A stretch of DNA of 32,000 bases from Wolbachia endosymbiont of Cimex lectularius (GTDB lineage Bacteria > Pseudomonadota > Alphaproteobacteria > Rickettsiales > Anaplasmataceae). Shown here in pieces: positions 9,688 to 18,623 of this stretch. The position numbers were made by a program, and so were the translations under genes. The notes under the pieces are model-generated. The model ran no database searches. It worked only from the letters and a program-made list of their open reading frames with translations, and was not told the origin of the DNA. Each line of letters starts with the position of its first letter. Position 1 is the first letter of the stretch. Location of the stretch: assembly GCF_000829315.1 (NCBI RefSeq), contig NZ_AP013028.1, positions 480,001 to 512,000 on the forward strand, in the 5' to 3' direction.

Positions 9688-10547
9688 GAACCTGTTTAAA
9701 ATCTTCGTAACAGGAGAGAAATGAAGGAGAGGACTATCATCTGTAAGCTAGTGTTGAGCTTCCGCTCGCAATTTTTCCACAATCGCCTGCACTTTTCTAA
9801 CCAGGCAAAAGAGCGTTCAACAACCCATCTTTTTGGCAATACGACGAAAGTGTGTAACTCACTTCGCTTATTACTTCAACAGTCGCACCAATGATAGCTT
9901 TTATTTGTGTTGCAAAATTTTCTCCTGTGTAGCCAGCATCAACCAGTATGTTTTTAACTTCAGAGAGGTTTGCTTTAGCATTTTCGACCATTTTCACAGC
10001 ACTGCTACGGTCAGTTGCTTCTGCCGTTGTTACATAAATTGCATGTGGCAAACCTTGTGTATCAACTGCAATATGGCGCTTTATCCCTGAAATCTTTTTA
10101 CCTGCATCATAGCCTTTTTTTTTCAGCAGTATCTGCGTTTTTAACGCTTTGAGAATCAATTATACAAAAGCTAGTTTTCTCTTTCCGACCATTGCTGATA
10201 CGGACCTCTCCAACTAATTTTTTTTAAGACTAATTCCAACAAGCTTGGCTCTTCTCCATTCTTTTTACTCCACACTCGAAAATAGTAATATACGCTTTCC
10301 CATCTTGGAAAACCCTTTGGTAACATCCTCCACTGACAACCACTTTTTAAGACGTACAACACCCCACAAAATACGTCATACAAATCAAGTTTTCTTGGTT
10401 TTGTTTTCTGCTTGCTACTCTCCAAAATTGGCCTGATTTTTTCAAACTGCTCTTGACTTATATTACTTGGATAACTTTTCTGCATAGACACCTCATTATT
10501 AATCTATGCTTACTTTACCTCACATTTCCAAGATTTTAAACAGGTTC
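9688..10547 (-). mobile_element. IS5-family insertion sequence, copy B (860 bp), degenerate transposase
   Basis: Same terminal repeats; 3-bp target duplication TTA (9685-9687 / 10548-10550). A 1-nt deletion (GTAATAAGCG instead of GTAATAAAGCG) truncates ORFB (…[16 protein letters not shown]). Confidence 0.95.
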
Positions 10548-11858
10548 TTACAATTTTACGTCCATTTTTTAGTAATCTACAGTATGCTCTTGCTGTATCT
10601 AAAATGTTAATGTCTTTGCCAGGTGACTTCTGTTCAGGAATATACTCACGTAGAATTTTAACCATAGCCTTAATGGCGCGTCCTGAGTAGTATACTTTGT
10701 GGTATTCTTCATAGTAAGGCTTTACGCCATTTACCATTTTATTGTTTCATTGACAGAAGGCTCTTTCACATTAATTTTTTGAAATCTTCTTGCTAGTGCT
10801 TTGTCTTTTTCAAAGCTATTGCTGTATTCTTTGTATGTAGTTGCACCTATGCAACGTAATGTACCTCTTGCAAGTGCGGGCTTAAGCAGATTACCAGCAT
10901 CGAGAAAGCTACCACTTGTTGAACCAGCTCCAATGATGGTGTGTATTTCGTCAATAAAAAGAATAGCGCCTGGCTTTGCCTCGATTGCTTTCGTTATGGA
11001 TTTCATTCTTTCTTCAAAGTCGCCTCTATAACGGGTTCCTGCGAGGAGTGCTCCTAAATCTAAAGCATAGATTGTGCTAGACCTGAGCGCACTGGGAACA
11101 CTGCCTTCGATTATTTTCAACACCAAACCCTCGACTATTGTTGTTTTGCCAATACCTGGGTCTTCTACATATAAAGAATTGTTTTCCCTACGCCTCAATA
11201 ATATCTCTATGGTGCGACTTAATTTATAATCGCGACCAACAACACAATCTATTTTTTTGCTTCTTGCATAATCATTCAAGTTTTTACAATAGCTTAGTAG
11301 AATTTCTTCGTCTTTTAGTAACTCACCTTTATTTACTGTAGTGGAGATGTTGTTATTTTTATCAAGCTTTACTTTATGATTAGTAGCGCATTCATCTGTA
11401 TCACCCGAGTATTTCATATTAGATATGTGGTAGATTAAGTTAGAATCTTTAGCATTTTGCTTTTGTAATAGGTCTTAAATATAGAAATTCTGTTCAGACA
11501 AAATTTCTACTAGGACATTTGCTCCATTTATTTCCTTTTTTCCTAAGCTATGAGCTCGTATTATGGACCTATGTATTATGCATTGAAACAGCGGATTAAG
11601 CTTAACTTCGCTGACAACCAATTCGGGATTGTCTTCAGAAAAACCTTTTTTATAACCATCAGCATTACACCTTGATAAGACGCTGTCTATATTTATGATT
11701 TCATCAGCTCTGATGTTACATCTTGATAGAACGTAATTTACATCCACATCTTTGGTTAGCGCTAGCAATAAGTGTTCTACTTTTGCATATTTAAGGTTAA
11801 AGTTGGAGGCAATCAGCAATGCTCTATTTAAACTTGCCTCTAGATTTTTAGAAATCAT
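10548..11858 (-). pseudogene. clpA: ATP-dependent Clp protease ATP-binding subunit ClpA-like, N domain and first AAA domain only, degraded
   Basis: MISKNLEASLNRALLIASNFNLKYAKVEHLLLALTKD... then in-frame TAA (11475-11477), then VVGRDYKLSRTIEILLRRRENNSLYVEDPGIGKTTIVEGL...ILFIDEIHTIIGAG...LLKPALARGTLRCIGATTYKEY. A 1-nt shift near 10735 leads to NGVKPYYEEYHKVYYSGRAIKAMVKILREYIPEQKSPGKDINILDTARAYCRLLKNGRKIV, ending at IS copy B. No second AAA domain in the window. Confidence 0.85.
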
Positions 11859-12062
11859 CTTCTACTCTCTTTAAAAATAGGGACTTATATGCAATTGATA
11901 GCACACAATTATTAAAAAAACTGAAATCCGGCAGTTTGTTATAGCTAAGTTCTTTACAAGTAGCCTATTCTAAAATTCTTATCAGCAAGCTAGGTGTCTC
12001 CCACATATAAAACCAATTTTGGCAGCGCACTGTGCATATCATCCAGGAACGAAAAAAACTAC

Positions 12063-12091
12063 TTGACAACTTTCGCCATCACCCTTATAAT
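12063..12091 (+). promoter_or_regulatory. Perfect consensus sigma70 promoter inside a dispersed repeat (copy 1)
   Basis: TTGACA (12063-12068), 17-bp spacer, TATAAT (12086-12091), in a block also present near 29.3 kb. Confidence 0.65.
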
Positions 12092-12346
12092 GGTACTGAA
12101 GCTATTATTTATCTTCAGTCTGTGCACCGTATGTCTTTTTAAAACTTCTGGTTTTTTACCTATACAAGCTGAAACGCGCTTATAAGTCGTTTAAAATATA
12201 AAAAAACGCCAATATTATAGGATAGATAGTAAATAACTAGCTACCGGGGTTTCTTTTACTGTTTTTTCTGTTTAGTAAATTTTTTAATATAATTGCAATG
12301 CAAGATGAGGCTTGGGTTCGTAGGCCAATACATCCGAACAAAAAGA

Positions 12347-12375
12347 TTGAATATTTTTACAGAATTGTGTATAAT
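12347..12375 (+). promoter_or_regulatory. Sigma70-like promoter upstream of Rpn-family copy 2
   Basis: TTGAAT (12347-12352) - 17 bp - TATAAT (12370-12375). Confidence 0.6.
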
Positions 12376-12402
12376 TTTTAATACTTTTTAAGTGAATCTC
12401 TC

Positions 12403-13338
12403 ATGGCTTTATCAAAATTTCTCAATCCAAAATTGGACTTAACCTTCAAGAAAATCTTTGGCACTGAGAAAAACAAGAACATTCTTATCCATTTTCTCAA
12501 TGATATCTTAGGATTTACTGGAATAGATACTATACAAGAAGTTGAGTTTCTTAGCACCTATATGGATCCTGAAATTGCCCTCGATAAACAGAGTATCGTT
12601 GACGTTCTTTGCAAGGATTCTAGAGGGCTTAGGTACGTGATTGAGATGCAGCTTGCTCGCGATAAAGGCTTCGAAAAACGCGCTCATCTATATGCAGCTA
12701 AAGCTTATTCAAGGCAGGTTGGGAAAGGTGGCAAGTACATCGATTTAAAGACAGTATTCTTTATTGCTATTTCCGATAATGCGATATTTCCTGAGGAAGT
12801 TGAGTACATTTCTACTCATAATATACGAGAGGTAAAAACCAATGGACATTACTTAAAAGATTTTCAGTTTGTTTTTATTGAGTTGCCTAAATTCGCAAAA
12901 AACAGAGTGGAGGAACTAGAGAGCACAATAGAAAGGTGGTGTTTCTTTTTCAAGTATGCAGAGGATACTACAGATGAAGACTTAAGGAATATAGCAGAAA
13001 AATCACCAATAATAAAGCTAGCATATGATGAGTTAGACAAGTTTCGCTGGAATGAGAAAGATCTAATAGCGTATGAAGAAAGATTAATGGACCTACGCAA
13101 AGAAGAAGGCATCCTCGCTCAAAAACTTGATGATGCTACTGAAAAAGGCAGACAAGAAGGCAGAGCGGAGGGGAGAGAGGAAGGCATCCAAATCGGCCAT
13201 GAAAAAGGCAGAAAAGAAAGGGAAATTGAAGTGGCTAAAAACCTACTTAAAGCAGGAGTTTCTATTGATATCATAGCCCAAACTACTGGTCTTCCTAAAA
13301 CTGAAATTGCACAACTCACAGAAGAAGTCACGAGTTAA
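12403..13338 (+). CDS. Rpn family recombination-promoting nuclease / PD-(D/E)XK nuclease family transposase, copy 2 (full length)
   Basis: 311-aa ORF MALSKFLNPKLDLTFKKIFGTEKNKNILIHFLNDIL...SIVDVLCKDSRGLRYVIEMQLARDKGFEKRAHLYAAKAYSRQ, with C-terminal charged GRxEG repeats. Confidence 0.88.
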   Translation: MALSKFLNPKLDLTFKKIFGTEKNKNILIHFLNDILGFTGIDTIQEVEFLSTYMDPEIALDKQSIVDVLCKDSRGLRYVIEMQLARDKGFEKRAHLYAAKAYSRQVGKGGKYIDLKTVFFIAISDNAIFPEEVEYISTHNIREVKTNGHYLKDFQFVFIELPKFAKNRVEELESTIERWCFFFKYAEDTTDEDLRNIAEKSPIIKLAYDELDKFRWNEKDLIAYEERLMDLRKEEGILAQKLDDATEKGRQEGRAEGREEGIQIGHEKGRKEREIEVAKNLLKAGVSIDIIAQTTGLPKTEIAQLTEEVTS

Positions 13339-13458
13339 CCGCTTAGCTACCAATATATTTTGAAGTAAGCTGCCCACAGGGCTTCTTTTGCTTTTTTTCC
13401 ACTTAGTAAATTTCCTAATGTTTTTAGTCGCTGAGACAACAAATAGTGTAACGCATAA

Positions 13459-15186
13459 GAACCTGTTTAAAATCTTGAAAATGTGAGGTAAAGTAAGCAT
13501 AGATTAATAATGAGGTGTCTATGCAGAAAAGTTATCCAAGTAATATAAGTCAAGAGCAGTTTGAAAAAATCAGGCCAATTTTGGAGAGTAGCAAGCAGAA
13601 AACAAAACCAAGAAAACTTGATTTGTATGACGTATTTTGTGGGGTGTTGTACGTCTTAAAAAGTGGTTGTCAGTGGAGGATGTTACCAAAGGGTTTTCCA
13701 AGATGGGAAAGCGTATATTACTATTTTCGAGTGTGGAGTAAAAAGAATGGAGAAGAGCCAAGCTTGTTGGAATTAGTCTTAGAACCTGTTTAAAATCTTC
13801 GCAACAGAGAGAAATGAAGGAGAGGACTATCATCTGTAAGCTAGTGTTGAGCTTCCGCTCGCAATTTTTCCACAATCGCCTGCACTTTTCTAACCAGGCA
13901 AAAGAGCGTTCAACAACCCATCTTTTTGGCAATACGACGAAAGTGTGTAACTCACTTCGCTTTATTACTTCAACAGTCGCACCAATGATAGCTTTTATTT
14001 GTGTTGCAAAATTTTCTCCTGTGTAGCCAGCATCAACCAGTATGTTTTTAACTTCAGAGAGGTTTGCTTTAGCATTTTCGACCATTTTCACAGCACTGCT
14101 ACGGTCAGTTGCTTCTGCCGTTGTTACATAAATTGCATGTGGCAAACCTTGTGTATCAACTGCAATATGGCGCTTTATCCCTGAAATCTTTTTACCTGCA
14201 TCATAGCCTTTTTTTTTCAGCAATATCTGTCGTTTTTAACGCTTTGAGAATCTATTATTTTTTAAAGCTAGTTTTCATTCTTTTCGACCATTGCTGATAC
14301 GAAACTCTCAAAGTAATTTTTTTTAAGACTAATTCCAACAAGCTTGGCTCTTCTCCATTCTTTTTACTCCACACTCGAAAATAGTAATATATGCTTTTCC
14401 ATCTTGGAAAACCCTTTGGTAACATCCTCCACTGACAACCACTTTTTAAGACGTACAACACGCCACAAAATACGTCATACAAATCAAGTTTTCTTGGTTT
14501 TGTTTTCTGCTTGCTACTCTCCAAAATTGGCCTGATTTTTTCAAACTGCTCTTGACTTATATTACTTGGATAACTTTTCCGCATAGACACCTCATTATTA
14601 ATCTATGCTTACTTTACCTCACATTTCCAAGATTTTAAACAGGTTCTTAAAAAAAATTAGTTGGAGAGGTCCGTATCAGCAATGGTCGGAAAGAGAAAAC
14701 TAGCTTTTGTATAATTGATTCTCAAAGCGTTAAAAACGCAGATACTGCTGAAAAAAAAGGCTATGATGCAGGTAAAAAGATTTCAGGGATAAAGCGCCAT
14801 ATTGCAGTTGATACACAAGGTTTGCCACATGCAATTTATGTAACAACGGCAGAAGCAACTGACCGTAGCAGTGCTGTGAAAATGGTCGAAAATGCTAAAG
14901 CAAACCTCTCTGAAGTTAAAAACATACTGGTTGATGCTGGCTACACAGGAGAAAATTTTGCAACACAAATAAAAGCTATCATTGGTGCGACTGTTGAAGT
15001 AATAAAGCGAAGTGAGTTACACACTTTCGTCGTATTGCCAAAAAGATGGGTTGTTGAACGCTCTTTTGCCTGGTTAGAAAAGTGCAGGCGATTGTGGAAA
15101 AATTGCGAGCGGAAGCTCAACACTAGCTTACAGATGATAGTCCTCTCCTTCATTTCTCTCCTGTTACGAAGATTTTAAACAGGTTC
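13459..15186 (+). mobile_element. IS5-family insertion sequence, copy C, split by nested copy D
   Basis: Left end GAACCTGTTTAAAATC at 13459, ORFA start at 13515, right end GATTTTAAACAGGTTC ending at 15186, ORFB 14822-15178. Removing 13782-14646 plus one TTA recreates the uninterrupted GTCTTAAAAAAAATTAG of copy E. Confidence 0.92.
13782..14646 (-). mobile_element. IS5-family insertion sequence, copy D (865 bp), nested in copy C
   Basis: Terminal repeats; target duplication TTA (13779-13781 / 14647-14649). Divergent ORFA 14255-14590 (MSMRKSY...RWKSIYYYF...KKITLRVSYQQWSKRMKTSFKK). Confidence 0.93.
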
Positions 15187-15936
15187 TTAGAACCAAATAT
15201 AAAATTTGCCCCCTGTGAACCCAGAAACATGAACTTGTTTATCATCATTGTACCATTCTTTAAGAAAACTAATCAATTCTCTTTTATTACTGTTTCCAAA
15301 CTCTTTTTTTCCTTCTACATACTTGATAAACTCAACAAATTCATCATTACATATAATACTATTGGGTTCTGGTATCTTCTCACCATATTCACCTTTGAGT
15401 GTATTGATGCTGTCAACAATGCTATCGTTTGCCATATGAGGCATCATATGTTCTTTCATAGCACTCATCATATTCTTTGTACCAATTAGATTCTCATACA
15501 AACCATCGGAAAGTAGCTTTAATGAAGCTTTGAGTAAGGCTATGGGGTTAAGCTTTGTTGGTCTTGTTTCAGGCTGTAATAGAATTATTCCAATTGCCAA
15601 TGGTATCGGTGCTAATAGCCAAGCTAATATTAAAGGCTTAGAAAAAAAATAATAGATTGTTAGCCCCGTAACACATGAAACTAAGATTGACTTGATTATG
15701 TTACCTTGACCAAATATTTTCCAATATTCTTTTTTTCTTATCTTCTCCCCACCTTTTATTTTTTTATATCCAAGAAATGTTTTGATTTCTGCGTCATATA
15801 GGGCAGATACCAAGCTGACTGCTATCGAAGTAGGAATGGTTGCTATAGTTAACGCATAATAAAAAGATAAATAGAGAGCAGTTCTAACTTTACTGGAGCC
15901 ACTGCGAGGAAATTGTACTTGAGAAAAACCTATCAT
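15187..15936 (-). CDS. Hypothetical membrane protein whose 3' end abuts an IS
   Basis: 249-aa ORF with several hydrophobic segments (LYLSFYYALTIATIPTSIAVSLVSAL; ILVSCVTGLTIYYFF). The stop codon lies at the IS boundary, so the C-terminus may be truncated. Confidence 0.6.
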   Translation of the reverse strand: MIGFSQVQFPRSGSSKVRTALYLSFYYALTIATIPTSIAVSLVSALYDAEIKTFLGYKKIKGGEKIRKKEYWKIFGQGNIIKSILVSCVTGLTIYYFFSKPLILAWLLAPIPLAIGIILLQPETRPTKLNPIALLKASLKLLSDGLYENLIGTKNMMSAMKEHMMPHMANDSIVDSINTLKGEYGEKIPEPNSIICNDEFVEFIKYVEGKKEFGNSNKRELISFLKEWYNDDKQVHVSGFTGGKFYIWF

Positions 15937-15993
15937 AACCTACTCCTTCATACTACTAAATTTTCATAATAATATACATAATGGTTTTAAATG

Positions 15994-16905
15994 TCAATGT
16001 TTAAGTATCTTATCATCCGCACACTCATCATATTCAATTTCAACTGTAGAGTGCGCTATTTCAAATTTATCCAGCAATATTTTTTTTATTCCATACAAAA
16101 TATCAGTGTGTTGCACGCTTCGCTTAATTTTAGCATGCATAGTTATTATGAAATAATTATCAGACAGTGACCATGCATGTATATGGTGTACATCTATCAC
16201 TTCAGGTAGCTTAGATACAAGCTCACTTTTTATTTCCTCAGCAGAGATACCTTCAGGTGTACCTTCAAGAAGTATATGGCAGGAATTCTTGAGAATTTTA
16301 TAGCCGCTATTTAGAATTATCACACTAACAAATACTGATAATATTGGATCTACTATTTGCCATCCAGTAAGCATGATAATTATGGATGCAAGTATAGCAG
16401 CTACAGAACCTAAAATGTCTCCTATAACGTGCAGTACGGCACTTTTTATGTTTATATTACTTTCGCATTTACTATGTAATATAAAAAAGACTACAATGTT
16501 AGCAATCAGCCCAAGTATGGCAATCATTAACATTATTTGCCACTCAACATTTACTGGAAAAATAAATCTCTTTATTGACTCAATTATGATGATTGCTGCA
16601 ATGAGAAATAGAGTTAAACCATTGACAAATGCTGCGATTATCTGCAACCGATGATACCCGTATGATCTTTGCAGGTCAGATTTCTTAGCTGAAAATCTAT
16701 GCGCTACCCAGCTTAAGACTAAGGCAAAGAGGTCAGTGAGCATATGTCCTGCATCTGATAGCAGAGCAAGCGAATGTGAAATTACTCCCCCCACTATCTC
16801 CATGAGCATTGTTATCGCAACTATTATTATGGAATAGATTAAGCGTTTGGACTCTGCTGCTGAGTGTTTACCGTTGTGTACCACTGCCATATAAAATCTT
16901 TTCAT
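15994..16905 (-). CDS. Cation diffusion facilitator (CDF) family zinc/cation efflux transporter
   Basis: SAAESKRLIYSIIIVAITMLMEIVGGVISHSLALLSDAGHMLTDLFALVLSWVAHR and VLHVIGDILGSVAAI, typical CDF HxxxD motifs. The track start at 16956 overlaps the tRNA, so the start is likely 16905 or 16890. Confidence 0.93.
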   Translation of the reverse strand: MKRFYMAVVHNGKHSAAESKRLIYSIIIVAITMLMEIVGGVISHSLALLSDAGHMLTDLFALVLSWVAHRFSAKKSDLQRSYGYHRLQIIAAFVNGLTLFLIAAIIIIESIKRFIFPVNVEWQIMLMIAILGLIANIVVFFILHSKCESNINIKSAVLHVIGDILGSVAAILASIIIMLTGWQIVDPILSVFVSVIILNSGYKILKNSCHILLEGTPEGISAEEIKSELVSKLPEVIDVHHIHAWSLSDNYFIITMHAKIKRSVQHTDILYGIKKILLDKFEIAHSTVEIEYDECADDKILKH

Positions 16906-16914
16906 GAACAAAAA

Positions 16915-16987
16915 TGGGTAACACTGGACTCGAACCAGCGACCGCTTGCACGTCAAGCAAGTGCTCTACCAACTGAGCTAATTACCC
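16915..16987 (-). tRNA. tRNA-Val (GAC)
   Basis: Reverse complement GGGTAATTAGCTCAGTTGGTAGAGCACTTGCTTGACGTGCAAGCGGTCGCTGGTTCGAGTCCAGTGTTACCC(A) folds as a cloverleaf. Anticodon stem CTTGC/GCAAG, loop TTGACGT. Confidence 0.93.
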
Positions 16988-17105
16988 ATCATGGTTTTAG
17001 TATAGTGCTTCAGCAGGATGAAAGTCAATTTGCTTTTAAACTATTGATTTTTCGCATAGCTTTTGGCAGCGCACTAGGCGTATCATCCAGGAACAAAAAA
17101 ACTAC

Positions 17106-17134
17106 TTGACAAGTTCCTCCAAACCCATTATCAT
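17106..17134 (+). promoter_or_regulatory. Near-consensus sigma70 promoter in dispersed repeat (diverged copy)
   Basis: TTGACA (17106-17111), 17 bp, TATCAT (17129-17134), preceded by ggcagcgcact...atcatccaggaacaaaaaaactac, shared with the 12.0 kb copy. Confidence 0.5.
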
Positions 17135-17460
17135 AACAACAAGGGTGTTTCTGACTCAAAACTTGTTTTTGATCTGCAGGCTCAATGACAAAATTCAGTA
17201 AAAAACTCAGGGTATTTTTTGGCGGATTGTATCAAATTATAGCGGCTGCATGTCTTTTTCATTTTTTCTACATTCAGCCAAATCGCGCTTGAACTAAGCG
17301 TCAGCAAATTATTATAGCGCCAATTTAAAGTATTATAGAGTCAAAACTCGCCACTCGGGATTTCTTTACCTTTTTTTCTTGCTTGGTAAATTTTTTAATA
17401 TAATTGCAATGCAAGATGAGGCTTGGGTTTGTAGGCCAATACATCCAAAACAAAAAGAGA

Positions 17461-17489
17461 TTGAATATTTCTACAGAATTGTGTATAAT
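17461..17489 (+). promoter_or_regulatory. Sigma70-like promoter upstream of Rpn-family copy 3
   Basis: TTGAAT - 17 bp - TATAAT (17484-17489). Confidence 0.6.
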
Positions 17490-17515
17490 TATTAATATTT
17501 TTAAGCACTATAGTC

Positions 17516-18426
17516 GTGGCTTTCTCAAAATTTCTCGACCCTAAAAATGATGTAGCATTTCGGCGTATCTTTGGTACAGAAAAAAATAAGGACATCCTTA
17601 TTCATTTTCTCAATGATATTTTGGGCTTTACTGGCAAGGATGAAATAAAAGAAATAGAGTTCCTCAGCACTATTCAAGATGCTGAAATTGCCTCTAAAAA
17701 ACAAAGTATTGTTGATGTTCTCTGTAGAGATAAAATGGAGTACAGGTGATCGTCAAGATGCAGGTTGCTAAAACTAAAGGCTTCGAAAAACGCGCACAAT
17801 ACTATGCAGCTAAGGCGTATTCAAGACAGGCTAATAAAGGTGATCAATATGAAGACCTTAAAGAAATTATCTTTATTGCCATTGCAGATTGTATCTTCTT
17901 TCCTGATAAGTCTGAGTATAAATCAAAGCACACTATTCGGGATGAAGATACCAATGAACATGATTTAAAAGATTTTTATTTCACATTTATTGAACTGCCA
18001 AAATTTCCAAAGACGAAGGAAGATCAATTAGAGAGTATAGTCGAGAAATGGGTCTACTTCTTCAAGTATGCGGAAGAAACTAGTGAAAAGGAATTGGAAA
18101 GAATAATAGGAAGTGACGTAATAATCAAAAAAGCATATGAGGAGCTAAATAGATTCAACTGGTCAGAAAAGGAGTTCATAGAATATGAACAAGAAATAAA
18201 GCGTATTCGTGATGAGAAGGCTGTTCTCGCTCAAAAACTTGATGATGCCACTGAAAAAGGCAGAAAAGAAGGCATCCAAATCGGCAGGGAAGAAGGCAGA
18301 AAAGAAAGGGAAATTGAAGTTGCTAAAAACCTACTTAAAGCAGGAGTTTCTATTGATATCATAGCTCAAACTACTGGTCTTCCTAGAGCTGAAATTGCAC
18401 AACTCAAAGAAGGAGTCACGAGTTAA
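17516..18426 (+). pseudogene. Rpn family nuclease / PD-(D/E)XK transposase, copy 3, frameshifted
   Basis: Frame 17516-17749 ends at TGA after a 1-nt loss (gtagagataaaatggag versus gtagagatgaaaatggg in copy 4). The homologous frame resumes at 17746-18426. Confidence 0.88.
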
Positions 18427-18451
18427 TCACTTAGCTACCAATATATTTTGA

Positions 18452-18490
18452 AGTAAGCTGCCCACGGGGCTTCTTTTGCTTTTTTTCTCT
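18452..18490 (+). terminator. Terminator-like hairpin plus T-tract after Rpn copy 3
   Basis: AAGC-tg-CCC-ac-GGG-GCTT followed by cttttgctttttttc. Confidence 0.45.
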
Positions 18491-18568
18491 ATTTAGTAAA
18501 TTTTTTAATATAGTTGCAATTCAAGATGAGGCTTGGGTTCGTAGGCCAATACATCCAAAACAAAAAGA

Positions 18569-18597
18569 TTGAATATTTCTACAGAATTGTGTATAAT
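18569..18597 (+). promoter_or_regulatory. Sigma70-like promoter upstream of Rpn-family copy 4
   Basis: TTGAAT - 17 bp - TATAAT (18592-18597). Confidence 0.6.
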
Positions 18598-18623
18598 TAT
18601 TAATATTTTTAAGCATTTTAGCT

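Noticed and set aside
11994-12185. Small ORFs at 11994-12185, 29251-29439 and 16864-17109 as related peptides
   Set aside because: Their similarity follows from the shared dispersed repeat and the frames are not well conserved; non-coding repeat is more likely.
13570-14223. 217-aa minus-strand ORF across 13570-14223
   Set aside because: Chimeric reading frame running from the nested IS copy D into antisense DNA of outer copy C; not a real gene.
16906-16956. Start of the CDF transporter at 16956
   Set aside because: Would overlap the tRNA-Val gene on the same strand; internal ATGs at 16905 or 16890 are more likely.
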